NCBI GenBank assembly: GCA_041660925.1
Contig: JBAZVI010000002.1
Span: 19,906-83,905, forward strand
Length of the DNA stretch: 64,000 bases
Direction: 5' to 3'
Source: Elusimicrobiota bacterium
GTDB lineage: Bacteria > Elusimicrobiota > Elusimicrobia > UBA1565
Position numbers and translations under genes: made by a program. The notes beneath the pieces were generated by a model. It had not been told where the DNA came from and ran no database searches. It worked only from the letters and a program-made list of their open reading frames with translations. This document shows, one piece after another, positions 18,624-28,008 of this stretch (positions within the stretch are counted from its first letter, which is position 1; every line of letters starts with the position of its first letter).

Positions 18624-19075
18624 CAGAGATCGAGGTCCTTGGCGAGCTCCGTGAAGGACGGCGCGGCGTGCTTGCGGGAGTATTCCTGCCAGCGCGCGCG
18701 GTCCCAGATCTCGGCCTTGTTCCCCGCCCCGGCCACCACCACGTCCTTCTTGAGCCCTGCGAAATCCTTGAGGTTCTGCGGGACGAGCACGCGGCCCTGC
18801 TCGTCCACCGGCGCCTCGACCGCGCTGCTGAAGATGAAGCGCTTCGCGGCGCGGGCCTTCTTCTTGTCCTTGATGTCCTGCGTATGCGTCTTCGCGTCGT
18901 CCAGGAACGCCTCCCATTGGGACGGGAGGAACAGCCAGAGGCATTCGTCCTGACCGATCGCCAGCACGAAGTGCGAGCCCTTCTCCGCGATGAGCGCTTC
19001 GCGGTAGCGCGGCGGTACGACGACCCGGTTCTTCGGGTCGAGAGAGTAGTCGTACTGTCCGATGGTGACGGTCAT
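18623..19075 (-). CDS. mraZ: transcriptional regulator MraZ
   Basis: Trimmed from GTG-initiated ORF 18623..19117 to ATG at 19073-19075 (MTVTIGQYDYSLDPKNRVVVPPRYR...), giving a typical 150-aa two-repeat MraZ; the longer ORF would run through the operator repeats. Confidence 0.8.
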   Translation of the reverse strand: MTVTIGQYDYSLDPKNRVVVPPRYREALIAEKGSHFVLAIGQDECLWLFLPSQWEAFLDDAKTHTQDIKDKKKARAAKRFIFSSAVEAPVDEQGRVLVPQNLKDFAGLKKDVVVAGAGNKAEIWDRARWQEYSRKHAAPSFTELAKDLDL

Positions 19076-19100
19076 TTTCTTTTTTCTGCGGGGTCCCAGT

Positions 19101-19140
19101 TCCCTACTTTTCCCCACTCTTTGCCACTCTTCCCCACTGG
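19101..19140 (-). promoter_or_regulatory. candidate MraZ operator: four 10-bp-phased direct repeats with GTGGG-like cores
   Basis: Minus-strand reading CCAGTGGGGA AGAGTGGCAA AGAGTGGGGA AAAGTAGGGA, 26-65 nt upstream of the proposed mraZ ATG. Confidence 0.6.
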
Positions 19141-19315
19141 GAGCTTGAGTATAGGTAGTGAGTCGCGATTTGTCAAGACCTAGTTGAAAAAGAGCGCGCG
19201 GTGCCGACGTACTATCGCGCGCGTGAGGAACACGCGCGCGTAGTGGATGCGCGCGGTGCGCGCGCGAACCTTATAGGGGAGTGTCGGGTTCCGTTGGGAG
19301 TTGGGTTCCTTAACT

Positions 19316-19415
19316 CCCTCCCCTTCGGGGGAGGGAAGGGTGGGGGAGGACGGATGCCATCGCTAGGTACAACAGCAGGTTCCCCCTCCTCCTGCCTCCT
19401 CCCGCGGGAGGAGGA
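19316..19415. repeat. two GC-rich hairpins of the CCCTCCC-loop-GGGAGGG family
   Basis: 19316-19335 ccctcccc-ttcg-ggggaggg (8-bp stem, UUCG-type loop) and 19395-19415 cctcctccc-gcg-gggaggagg, between an upstream minus-strand gene and the mraZ leader. Confidence 0.6.
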
Positions 19416-19430
19416 GTTGAGGAAGGTCGT

Positions 19431-20558
19431 CTACATCCTGTGTTGCTGAAGATCGTAGCGCCAGGCGTACTCGAGCGCCTTGACGCGGTTGAAGGGCATG
19501 CCGTACGCGCGGTAGAGCGCGTCGTGCACGGCGACGCCGTCCTTGAGGAGGGCCGAGAAGCGGAAGAACGAGGACTTGTACTGCGCGCGGATGAGGAAGC
19601 GCACGACGCTGTAGGCCTGCGTGTACCAGAGGCGCACGCTCGCGTCGTCGGCGCCCGCCGTGTTCTCGACCGAAAGGAGCTCGGTGAGCGCGTAGCCGCC
19701 GCCGCGGCGGAGGACCTCCATGTTCTCCTTGAGCCAGTTCGGCGCCGCGAGTCCGCGCTCGGTCTGCACGAGCGTCGCCATGCCCTCGCTGAGCCAGAGC
19801 GGGTTGGAGCGTCCCCCCAGGAAGAAGCTGTCGAAGTAGATGTGGCAGAGCTCGTGGGCGAGGATGCCGATGCTCTCCTCGCTCTCGTAGAGGTAGATCT
19901 TGCGGCCCTTCACCGAACTCGCGCCGCCCGACCAGGACGGCCGGCCGGTGACGCGGCGGTAGGAGTCCTGGCTTCGGAAGAGGTAGATGGAGACGCGCTC
20001 GTCGCGCGCCCACGGGGAGAACGCCGCGAGGTCGAGCATGAGGTTGGCGTGGAGGTTCTCGATGGCGTCCACATAGGCGGCCGGCGCCTCGGTCCCTTCG
20101 GCGTAGATGTTGAAGTGGCGCGTCTGCGTCCGAAGGAAGCCCTTGGGCGTCGCGGGCTCCGCGGCCGTGGGCGCGGGCCGCACGGGCCGTTCGGGGACGG
20201 GGCGCGGAGCGCTCTCGTCCACCGGCGCCGGCCCGATCGGCTGGGGCGTCGTCGGCAGCGCGCGCAGGTGCGGGAGGGCGGCGAGCGCGGCCTCTTCGCG
20301 CGCGCGGTCCACCTGCTTCGGCAAAGTCGAGGAGGGCGGCGCGGGCTCCTGCAGCAGGTCCTCGGCGGGGCGCGGCGGGAAGAGCTGGGCATGGGAGACG
20401 GGCTCGGCCGGCGGCGGCGCCGTGGCGATGCGGCTGGTGACCCAGCGCATCTGCGGCAGCTCCCCGGTCTCGTCCTCCAGGAACTGATAGATCATGATCC
20501 CCCACAGGCAGAGGACCATGAGCCAGAGGTACAGCCGCAGCTTGATCAGGATGTCCAT
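19431..20558 (-). CDS. hypothetical membrane-anchored protein with HExxH motif (putative zinc metallopeptidase-like)
   Basis: 375 aa; N-terminal TM helix, Pro-rich linker, then domain containing ILAHELCHIYF; family assignment from memory only. Confidence 0.65.
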   Translation of the reverse strand: MDILIKLRLYLWLMVLCLWGIMIYQFLEDETGELPQMRWVTSRIATAPPPAEPVSHAQLFPPRPAEDLLQEPAPPSSTLPKQVDRAREEAALAALPHLRALPTTPQPIGPAPVDESAPRPVPERPVRPAPTAAEPATPKGFLRTQTRHFNIYAEGTEAPAAYVDAIENLHANLMLDLAAFSPWARDERVSIYLFRSQDSYRRVTGRPSWSGGASSVKGRKIYLYESEESIGILAHELCHIYFDSFFLGGRSNPLWLSEGMATLVQTERGLAAPNWLKENMEVLRRGGGYALTELLSVENTAGADDASVRLWYTQAYSVVRFLIRAQYKSSFFRFSALLKDGVAVHDALYRAYGMPFNRVKALEYAWRYDLQQHRM

Positions 20559-20646
20559 TCTTCAAACGATACGAACAGAAACCTCGTCGAGAACCGCCTC
20601 CTTTATAGGAACCGCCGGGGGGCCCGAAAGCCCCCCCCGCGGAGCC

Positions 20647-21165
20647 CTAGACCCTCGAGCCGACGTCCCGCATGCGCAGGGCGGTCTCGGCCAGAGCGTG
20701 CGCGAACATCCCGATGACGACGATGAAGACCGCGTGCACGCCGGCCATCGCCCAATGCTGTTCGCCGAGCTCGAGACCCTGGGTGTGCGCGCGCAGCGCG
20801 TAGAGCGCGAGCATCGTCAGGCCCGAGACGACCGCGGTGGCGAAGGTCTGCCAGCGGCCCTGATACATCGCCGCGGTCACCGGGGCCATCGTGAAGAGCA
20901 GCCACATCGGCCCCCAGTAGGTCCCGAGCAGGTAGAAGAGCGGGATGACCCAGAAGTAGGTGAGCCAGACCTGGAGGAGCTTCAGGCGGCTCGCCCAGCC
21001 GACGAAGCGGTAGGTGTTGCGCGCGAACCAGTGGTTGACGAGCAGCGAGGCCAGCAGCACGCCGAAGGACATGTTGCGGGTGAGCTTGTCGGGCTCCGAG
21101 AAGTAGATCGCGGCCAGGACCAGCATGGTCGCGAACGGGGTGAAGTAGATGTTCATCAGGTTCAT
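20647..21165 (-). CDS. hypothetical polytopic membrane protein
   Basis: 172 aa with several hydrophobic helices; ATG overlaps rsmG stop (ATGA), implying co-translation with rsmG. Confidence 0.6.
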   Translation of the reverse strand: MNLMNIYFTPFATMLVLAAIYFSEPDKLTRNMSFGVLLASLLVNHWFARNTYRFVGWASRLKLLQVWLTYFWVIPLFYLLGTYWGPMWLLFTMAPVTAAMYQGRWQTFATAVVSGLTMLALYALRAHTQGLELGEQHWAMAGVHAVFIVVIGMFAHALAETALRMRDVGSRV

Positions 21166-21848
21166 GCGTTCCCTCTCTCGGCGGGGCTTTTCGCCCCGAC
21201 CAGGACGATGTGGCGTTCCCGCTCCTCGCCGGGCAGGCGGTAGGTGCGGTCCTCCAGCACGGCGGCGGCGTGCGGCGAAAGCGCTTTCTCGAGCGCGGCG
21301 TCGCCCGGCGAGGGCGGCGCGCTGGTCCAGGCGGCCAGCAGCGGGGCCATCGGCAGGGCGATGCGCGCGAGCTCCGGGAGCGGCGCGACGGCGCGCGCCA
21401 TCACGGCGTCGTAGCGCCCCGCGCCCGGCGCGGGGACGCGGCGGGGCTCGATGCGCTCGTGCACGACGCGCAGGCCCGGCACGCCCAGGTGCAGCGCGGC
21501 GACGTTCAGGAAGCGGTACTTCCGGTACACGGATTCGATGAGCGTGACCTCGGCCTCGGGCCAGGCGATCTTCACGCAGAAGCCCAAAAAGCCCCCGCCC
21601 GCGCCCACGTCGGCGATGCGCGGAGCGGGGCCGAGGCGCCCGCGCAGCGCGTTCACGCCCGCGAAGGAGTCGAGGAGGTGGCGGCGGACGAGCTCCTCCT
21701 CTCCCTCCGCCGCGGTGATGTTGACGCGGCGGCTGTATTCCAACACATCGACGAGATAATTGTCCAGGAGTCCCCAGGCCCTGGCGTCCAGGGACATCCC
21801 CCAGGAGGAGAGGACCGCTTCCGCCTCGGCGCGCAGCTCGGGCTTCAT
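21162..21848 (-). CDS. rsmG: 16S rRNA (guanine527-N7)-methyltransferase RsmG (GidB)
   Basis: Trimmed from ORF 21162..23297 to ATG at 21846-21848 (MKPELRAE..., 228 aa); SAM-binding [10 protein letters not shown]; ATGA overlap with mnmG stop. Confidence 0.85.
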   Translation of the reverse strand: MKPELRAEAEAVLSSWGMSLDARAWGLLDNYLVDVLEYSRRVNITAAEGEEELVRRHLLDSFAGVNALRGRLGPAPRIADVGAGGGFLGFCVKIAWPEAEVTLIESVYRKYRFLNVAALHLGVPGLRVVHERIEPRRVPAPGAGRYDAVMARAVAPLPELARIALPMAPLLAAWTSAPPSPGDAALEKALSPHAAAVLEDRTYRLPGEERERHIVLVGAKSPAERGNA

Positions 21849-23584
21849 GCGGCGCACCTCTTGAGCCAGACCGAGAGGACCTGGAGGTCGGCGGCGGTGA
21901 CGCCGTGGACGCGGGAGGCCTGCGCGAGGTTCTCGGGACGGACGCGCGAGAGCCGGACGCGCGCCTCGGCGACCAGCGGCAGGCGCTCGTAGCGGAAGGC
22001 GGCGGGGATCGGCGTGCGCTCGAGGCGGCGCAGCTCCTCGAGAGCGCGCAGGTCGCGGCGCACGTAGGCGGCGTAGTGGCGGACCGTCTCGGCCTGCGCC
22101 CGCGCCTTCTCCAGCGACCAGGGGCTCATCGCCGCGTCGCCGTCCGCCGGCGCGCGGCCGGCGGCAAGAGCGTCGACCGCGTCGCGGTAGCGGAGGAAGC
22201 GCTCGCGAAGCTCGCGTCCGACGAGGCCCAGCGCGAAGCCCTTCTCGAGCAGGCGGAGGTCGGCGTTGTCGGCGCGCAGGGAGAGGCGGTGTTCGGCGCG
22301 GGCGGTGAAGAGCCGGTAGGGCTCGTCGGCGCCCCGGGTCACGAGGTCGTCGACCATGACCCCGAGGTAGGCCTCCTCCCGGGAGAGGGTGAAGCTTTCG
22401 CGCCCGAGCGCGGCCTGCGCGGCGTTGATCCCGGCGAGCAGGCCCTGGCCGGCGGCTTCCTCGTAGCCGGTGGTCCCGTTGAGCTGTCCGGCGAGGAAGA
22501 GCCCGGGCACGGCCTTCGTCTCGAGGCTCGCGCGCAGGCCCGTCGGCGGGCAGTAGTCGTACTCGATCGCGTAGCCGGGCCGCGCGACTTCGACGCGCTC
22601 GAGACCGGGGATCGTCCGCAGGAACTCGAGCTGGACCTCCTCGGGGAGGCTCGTGGAGAGGCCGCTGGGATAAAGCTCGTCGGAGTCCCGCCCCTCGGGC
22701 TCCAGGAAGACCTGGTGGCGGGTCTTCTCCGGGAACTTCACGACCTTGTCCTCGATGGAGGGGCAGTAGCGCGGGCCGAGCGCGCTCACGACGCCGCCGT
22801 AGAGGGCCGAGCGGGACAGGTTCGCGCGGATGAGCGCGTGCGCGGCTTCCCCGGTCCACGCGATCCAGCACGGCTGGAAGGGCCCGCGCGGCTTCGGTGA
22901 GCGCAGGGAGAACGGCTCGGGCTCGGGGTCGGGCTCCTCGCGCTCGAGGCGCCCGAGGTCGACGGAGCCCGCGCGCAGGCGCGGCGGCGTCCCGGTCTTG
23001 AAGCGCGCGACCTCGAGACCGAGCGCGCGCAGCGAGGCCGAGAGCCGCTGCGCGGGGGGCTCTCCGGCGCGGCCGCCGGGCTCGGTGCGCGAGCCGACGT
23101 GGATGCGGCCGCCGAGGAAGGTCCCGGCGCAGAGCACGACGGCGTCCGCCTCCACGCGGCCGGCTCGGCGCGCGAGGACGCCCCGCGCGCGGCCGTTCTC
23201 GACGAGCACCTCCTCGACCTCGTCTTCGAGGACCTCGAGCCCCGGCTGGGCCTCGAGCGCGGCGCGCATCGCCGCCGAGTAGGCCTCGCGGCCGCACTGC
23301 ACGCGCGGCGCGCGGACCGCGGCCCCGCGCGAGCGGTTGAGCGTCATGTAGTGGAGCGCGGAGCGGTCGGCGGCCAGCGCCGTCTCTCCTCCGAGGGCGT
23401 CGAGCTCGCGCACGAGCTGCCCCTTCGCGGTGCCGCCGATCGACGGGTTGCAGGACATCCGTCCCGCCGAGGCGAGGGCGTGCGTGGCGAGGACCGCGCG
23501 GCAGCCCAGGCGCGCGGCGGCGAGGGCCGCTTCGCAGCCCGCGTGGCCGGCGCCGACCACGACGACGACGGGCGCCGCGCTCAT
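21845..23584 (-). CDS. mnmG: tRNA uridine 5-carboxymethylaminomethyl modification enzyme MnmG (GidA)
   Basis: Trimmed from ORF 21845..23881 to ATG at 23582-23584 ([20 protein letters not shown]..., FAD-binding fold); MnmG-like throughout. Confidence 0.9.
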   Translation of the reverse strand: MSAAPVVVVVGAGHAGCEAALAAARLGCRAVLATHALASAGRMSCNPSIGGTAKGQLVRELDALGGETALAADRSALHYMTLNRSRGAAVRAPRVQCGREAYSAAMRAALEAQPGLEVLEDEVEEVLVENGRARGVLARRAGRVEADAVVLCAGTFLGGRIHVGSRTEPGGRAGEPPAQRLSASLRALGLEVARFKTGTPPRLRAGSVDLGRLEREEPDPEPEPFSLRSPKPRGPFQPCWIAWTGEAAHALIRANLSRSALYGGVVSALGPRYCPSIEDKVVKFPEKTRHQVFLEPEGRDSDELYPSGLSTSLPEEVQLEFLRTIPGLERVEVARPGYAIEYDYCPPTGLRASLETKAVPGLFLAGQLNGTTGYEEAAGQGLLAGINAAQAALGRESFTLSREEAYLGVMVDDLVTRGADEPYRLFTARAEHRLSLRADNADLRLLEKGFALGLVGRELRERFLRYRDAVDALAAGRAPADGDAAMSPWSLEKARAQAETVRHYAAYVRRDLRALEELRRLERTPIPAAFRYERLPLVAEARVRLSRVRPENLAQASRVHGVTAADLQVLSVWLKRCAA

Positions 23585-24384
23585 ACGGACATGAGCGCCT
23601 TGAGCACGGTGCGCGGGAGCGCCCCGAGGTAGTGGAAGGCGAAGACGAGGACGATCTGCGAGAGCATCGCCAGGAAGAGGGCGCAGAAGGCCCGGGCGTT
23701 GGGCAGCCGGGCGATGCGGGCGACGCCGTAGGTCCCCCACCCCAGCGTCGCGAAGAGCAGGGCGATCTCGAGCCCGTTGTAGAGCAGGGCGGCGCGCAGC
23801 AGGACGGCGGCGGCGAAGAGCGGCATCAGCGCGAGGTTGAGTGCGTTGACGAGCAGGAGCCAGCCTGCGAGCGGCCGCCACAGCGAGGGGTCGGTCGCGC
23901 GCAGGCGGCGGCCGATGAGGGCGGCGAGCGCGAGGAGTCCGGCGCCGAGCGCCCAGCGCGGCATCCCCGTGTTCCGGTAGATGAGCAGGAGCGCGAGGGG
24001 CGCGGCCGCGCTCGCGCAGGCCGCCAGCAGGCGCGGCGCGAGGCGCCGGCCGGCGAGGAGCGTCAGGAAGAAGGCCGTGAGCGCGCAGAGGAGCGCGGTC
24101 AGGGGCGGGCTCCAGGCCTGGACCTGCGCCCAGAAGAGGAGACCCCCCTCGGGAGGCGTGAAGGGCTGCTCCGGCCCGAGCGGCGGGAAGCCGGCGGGCT
24201 TGAGCGCGTAGAAGACGGTGCTGAAGGCGAGGTAGGCGGCGTAGACGCGCGCGGCCGACCAGAGCGCCTCGGGGTCCTCGTGCAGCGCGCGCAGGGCGCG
24301 GGCCGGCGCGAACACCAGGTCCCGCGCGAGCGCCCAGGCCGACGCGGCCTCCGCGAGGGTCTTCGCTTCCCCCTTACGCGGCAC
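23581..24384 (-). CDS. hypothetical polytopic membrane protein
   Basis: 267 aa, multiple TM helices; stop overlaps mnmG start (ATGA). Confidence 0.55.
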   Translation of the reverse strand: MPRKGEAKTLAEAASAWALARDLVFAPARALRALHEDPEALWSAARVYAAYLAFSTVFYALKPAGFPPLGPEQPFTPPEGGLLFWAQVQAWSPPLTALLCALTAFFLTLLAGRRLAPRLLAACASAAAPLALLLIYRNTGMPRWALGAGLLALAALIGRRLRATDPSLWRPLAGWLLLVNALNLALMPLFAAAVLLRAALLYNGLEIALLFATLGWGTYGVARIARLPNARAFCALFLAMLSQIVLVFAFHYLGALPRTVLKALMSV

Positions 24385-25645
24385 GGGCGGCCTCCCGGGA
24401 GTCGGTCTCCACGCTGCGCGCGCCCCAGAGGCAGAAGGCGCCGGCCAGGCCCATGAACGCCATGGAGCCGAGCAGGGCGGCGCGCAGGCCCCAGAGGTCG
24501 GAGGCGCGGCCGATGAGCGTCGGGCTGACCGCGTCGCCGAGGGCGTGGATGACGAAGATGTTGGCCGCGAAGGCCATGGAGCGGACGGCCGGGGCCGTGA
24601 CGGAGACGATGACCCCGTTGAGCGGCCCCATGTTCAGGAAGGCGCAGGTCTCCGCGAGGAAGAGGGCGCCGAGCGTCAGCGGCAGCGAGCCCGCGCAGAG
24701 GGACCAGATCCCGAAGGGCATCGCGAGCAGGAGTCCCGTGCCGGAGACGAGGAAGTAGGCCTTGCCGGTGACTTTGAGGAGGCGGTCTCCGAGCCAGCCG
24801 CCGAGGAGGCTCCCGACGAGTCCCCCCGCCACCGTGACGGCGCCGAAGAGCGTCCCGGCGCGGGCGACGTCCATGCCCCAGTAGCGGTTGAAGAAGCTCG
24901 GCATCCAGACCGCGAGGCCGCCGAGGCAGAAGGTCATCGCGGCCATGGCGAGCGTGCTCGCGAGGTAGGAGGGGTTGCGGTAGAGCGCCGCGTACTCTCG
25001 AAGGGTCGGCGGGATGCGGGAGGCGCCGGCTTCCCCGCGCGGGTCGCGCAGGCGCAGGGCGAGCGCGGCGAGCAGGAGCCCCGGGAGGCCGAGGAGGAAG
25101 AAGGCGGCGCGCCAGCCGAAGCGGCCGCCGAACCAGCCGCCGAGGACGTAGCCGAGCGCGCTGCCGACGGGGATGGCCATCGAGAAGAGGGCGAGGACGC
25201 GGCCGCGGCGCTCGGCCGGGAAGGGTTCCGCGACGAACGAGGGAGAGACGCTGCCGTAGCAGGACTCTCCGATGCCCACCGCGGCGCGCGCGGCGAAGAG
25301 CTGCGCGTAGCCGCGGGCGAGCCCCGAGAAGCAGGTCGCGACGCTCCAGAAGGCGATGCCTCCGGCGATCCAGCGGGTCCGGCGGGTGCGGTCGGCGAGC
25401 CAGCCGATGGGCGGGGCCGCGCACATGTAGACGAGCATGAACGCCGAGGCGAGGGCTCCGAGCCGCGCGTCGCTGACGAGGAACTCCGCCTTGATGAGCG
25501 GAAGCAGCGCGTAGAGGACCTGCCGGTCGATGTAGTTGAAGAGGTTGATGAAGAAGAGGAGCAGCAGCGCGCCGTTGGGAGAGGCGATCCCCGCCCAGGC
25601 CGCCGCGCGCTCGGAGGGAAGGTCGGCCGTGATGGGAGAGCTCAC
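24374..25645 (-). CDS. MFS transporter
   Basis: 423 aa, about 12 predicted TM helices, MFS-like loop motifs (GWLADRTRRTRW, GRFGWR). Confidence 0.8.
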   Translation of the reverse strand: MSSPITADLPSERAAAWAGIASPNGALLLLFFINLFNYIDRQVLYALLPLIKAEFLVSDARLGALASAFMLVYMCAAPPIGWLADRTRRTRWIAGGIAFWSVATCFSGLARGYAQLFAARAAVGIGESCYGSVSPSFVAEPFPAERRGRVLALFSMAIPVGSALGYVLGGWFGGRFGWRAAFFLLGLPGLLLAALALRLRDPRGEAGASRIPPTLREYAALYRNPSYLASTLAMAAMTFCLGGLAVWMPSFFNRYWGMDVARAGTLFGAVTVAGGLVGSLLGGWLGDRLLKVTGKAYFLVSGTGLLLAMPFGIWSLCAGSLPLTLGALFLAETCAFLNMGPLNGVIVSVTAPAVRSMAFAANIFVIHALGDAVSPTLIGRASDLWGLRAALLGSMAFMGLAGAFCLWGARSVETDSREAARAA

Positions 25646-25673
25646 GCGCGCGGTCCGCCCATAAGTTGTTCCC

Positions 25674-25760
25674 CCCTCCCTCTCGAGGGAGGGGTAGGGG
25701 GGAGGGTAGAGCTCTGAACGGCAGTTCTACCCACTCCGTCCCTCCCTCGAAGAGGGAGGG
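25674..25760. repeat. two GC-rich hairpins of the CCCTCCC-loop-GGGAGGG family
   Basis: 25674-25693 ccctccc-tctcga-gggaggg and 25740-25760 ccctccct-cgaag-agggaggg, in the intergenic region between mnmE stop and MFS start. Confidence 0.6.
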
Positions 25761-25793
25761 TGATGGAAAGTCGGGCGATCGGGTCGGGCGGAC

Positions 25794-27146
25794 TCATTTG
25801 CCTACACAAAAGTGCGCAAACACCGCGGAGAGGACGTCTTCGCGCGTCGTCCGTCCGCAGAGCTCGTCGAGGGCGTCGAGCGCCGCGCGCAGGTGCGCGG
25901 CCGCGAGCTCGGGTTCGGCGGCCCGAGCGCAGGCGGCGTCCGTCTCCTTCAGCGCCTCCTCCAGGGCCGCGAGGTGGCGCTCCCCGAGCCCGAAGGCCCA
26001 GGGCTCGCCGGCGTCGTCGGCGGGAACGGCGGCGGCGCGCAGGCCGGAGGCGAGCGCCTCGAGACCCTCCCCGCGCAGGGCGGAGACCTCGACGACCGGC
26101 AGGCCGGGCGTCCAGGAGAGGACCGCGGGCGTCGTAAGGCCGGCGGGCAGGTCGCACTTGTTGAGGGCGGCGACGGCCGGCCTCCCCTCCCGCGCGACGC
26201 GCTCGAGCAGCGCGCGCTGCGGTCCCGGGGAGGCCGCGCGGTCGAGCACGACGAGGGCGGCGTCGCAGCCGGCGAGCTCCGCCTCGGCGCGGCGGCGTCC
26301 CTCGGCTTCCACGGCGCCGACTCCGTCCTCGCGCAGCCCCGCCGTGTCCACCAGGACGGCGGGGAGGCCGTCGAGGTCGCAGGCGGCTTCGAGCGTGTCG
26401 CGCGTCGTCCCCGGCAGCGGGGAGACGATGGCCCGTTCGCGCCCGAGCAGGGCGTTGAGGAGCGAGGACTTCCCGGCGTTGGGGCGCCCGAGGATGGCGA
26501 TGCGCGGCTCCGCCGAAAGGATGCGCCCGCGGCGCGCGGCCGCGGCCGTCCGGAAGAGGCGTTCGCGGGCGCGCGCGAGCGCGCGGCGGAGGCTCTCTGC
26601 GGAGAGCGCGGCGACCTCCCCTTCGGGGTGGTCGACGGCGGCCTCGACGGGGGCCAGGGCGTCGAGCAGGACGGCGCGCAGCGCCGCGGTCTCGCGGGAG
26701 AGGCCGCCCTCGAGGCGCAGCATCGCGCCCCGGTGGGCCCGGCGGCTGCGGGCGGCGATGAGGTCGGCGACGGCCTCGGCCTGGGAGAGGTCGAGACGTC
26801 CGTTGAGGTAGGCGCGCTGGGTGAACTCCCCCGGCCGCGCCGGCCGCGCTCCGGCTTCGCGGCAGAGCGCGAGCAGGCGCTCGAGGATCCAGGGGGAGCC
26901 GTGCGCGGAGAACTCCACCGCGTCCTCACCCGTGGAGCTCGAAGCGGCGGGGAAGTAGGTCACGAGCGCGCGGTCGAGCGGCTTCCCCCCGTCGAAGACC
27001 GTGCGCAGGACGGGATGGCGAGCGGGGAGCTCCGCCCCGGCGAGGAGGGCGCGCGCGAGCGCGCGCGCCCCCCCGCCGGAGAGCCGGACGATCCCGAGCG
27101 CCCCTCGTCCGGGGGGCGTCGCGAGCGCGGCGATGACGTCGCTCAC
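25794..27146 (-). CDS. mnmE: tRNA modification GTPase MnmE (TrmE)
   Basis: 450 aa; G1 motif GRPNAGKSSLLNAL, G3 DTAGLR, characteristic C-terminal FCVGK. Confidence 0.9.
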   Translation of the reverse strand: MSDVIAALATPPGRGALGIVRLSGGGARALARALLAGAELPARHPVLRTVFDGGKPLDRALVTYFPAASSSTGEDAVEFSAHGSPWILERLLALCREAGARPARPGEFTQRAYLNGRLDLSQAEAVADLIAARSRRAHRGAMLRLEGGLSRETAALRAVLLDALAPVEAAVDHPEGEVAALSAESLRRALARARERLFRTAAAARRGRILSAEPRIAILGRPNAGKSSLLNALLGRERAIVSPLPGTTRDTLEAACDLDGLPAVLVDTAGLREDGVGAVEAEGRRRAEAELAGCDAALVVLDRAASPGPQRALLERVAREGRPAVAALNKCDLPAGLTTPAVLSWTPGLPVVEVSALRGEGLEALASGLRAAAVPADDAGEPWAFGLGERHLAALEEALKETDAACARAAEPELAAAHLRAALDALDELCGRTTREDVLSAVFAHFCVGK

Positions 27147-27157
27147 CGCGCGGGGTC

Positions 27158-28006
27158 TCAGCCCTTGCGGGGCTTGACGACGACCTTCCGCCAGGGACCT
27201 TCCCCTTCGGAGGCCGTCTCGACGTCCGGGTCGTTCATGAGCTTTCGGTGGATGAGGCGGCGCATCGCGGGGTCCATGGGCTCGAAGCGCCAGGGACGGC
27301 CCGTGCTCTTGACCTGAGCGACGGCGGCGCCGATGTCGGCGACGATCCGCTCCTCGATGCGCTTCCAGTAGCCCTGGCTGTCGACCTGCACGGCGACCGG
27401 CGAGCCCATGCGGCGCCCGGCGATCACGGTGACGAGGAACTGCAGGGACTCCAGGGTCTTCCCACCCTTGCCGATGAGCAGCGCGGCGTCGACGGTCTCG
27501 ACCTCCGCGCGCACGCGCGCCTGCTCGACGTCCCAGGCGGCGCTCACCCCGACCTCGGCGACGCCGAGCAGCGGGAGGAACTCCTTGAGGACCTCCTGCG
27601 CGACGGCGCAGGCCTTGGCGGTGTCGACGGGGACTTCCGGCTCCTGGGGACGCGGTTCGCGCCGTTCCGGCGCGGGACCCGGCCGGTGCTCGGGCGCGGC
27701 GTGCGGGCGCGGGGTCCTCTCCGCGCGCGGGGCGTGGCGTTCCGGGCGCGGCGTCGAGTGCGCTCGCGCGACCGGCTTGGGCGCGGCGGGACGGACGGAC
27801 GGGGGCTCGGAGGGCTCCGGCGCCTCGGGTCCCCAGCGCTTCTCGCGGATGAGCACGCGGGCGGGCTTGGCGCCGATGCCGAGGAAGCCCGCGTTGCCTT
27901 CTTCGAGGACCTGCACCTCGACCTGGTCGCGGCGCAGGCCGATCTCCTTGAGGCCGTGCTCGACGGCGATGGTGACGGTCTTTCCTTCCATCTCTAGTTC
28001 TTTCAT
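27158..28006 (-). CDS. jag: Jag/KhpB-family RNA-binding protein (KH + R3H domains)
   Basis: Trimmed from ORF 27158..28981 to ATG at 28004-28006 (MKELEMEGK...), 2 nt after yidC stop; KH-like LIGKGGKTLESLQ and R3H-like C-terminus; canonical position after yidC. Confidence 0.8.
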   Translation of the reverse strand: MKELEMEGKTVTIAVEHGLKEIGLRRDQVEVQVLEEGNAGFLGIGAKPARVLIREKRWGPEAPEPSEPPSVRPAAPKPVARAHSTPRPERHAPRAERTPRPHAAPEHRPGPAPERREPRPQEPEVPVDTAKACAVAQEVLKEFLPLLGVAEVGVSAAWDVEQARVRAEVETVDAALLIGKGGKTLESLQFLVTVIAGRRMGSPVAVQVDSQGYWKRIEERIVADIGAAVAQVKSTGRPWRFEPMDPAMRRLIHRKLMNDPDVETASEGEGPWRKVVVKPRKG

Positions 28007-28008
28007 GG

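Noticed and set aside
20615-20636. GC hairpin (ggggggc...gcccccc) between the HExxH gene and the upstream membrane-protein gene as a distinct element
   Set aside because: Single short G/C-run stem that is expected by chance in this composition; no U-tract and no repetition elsewhere in the window.
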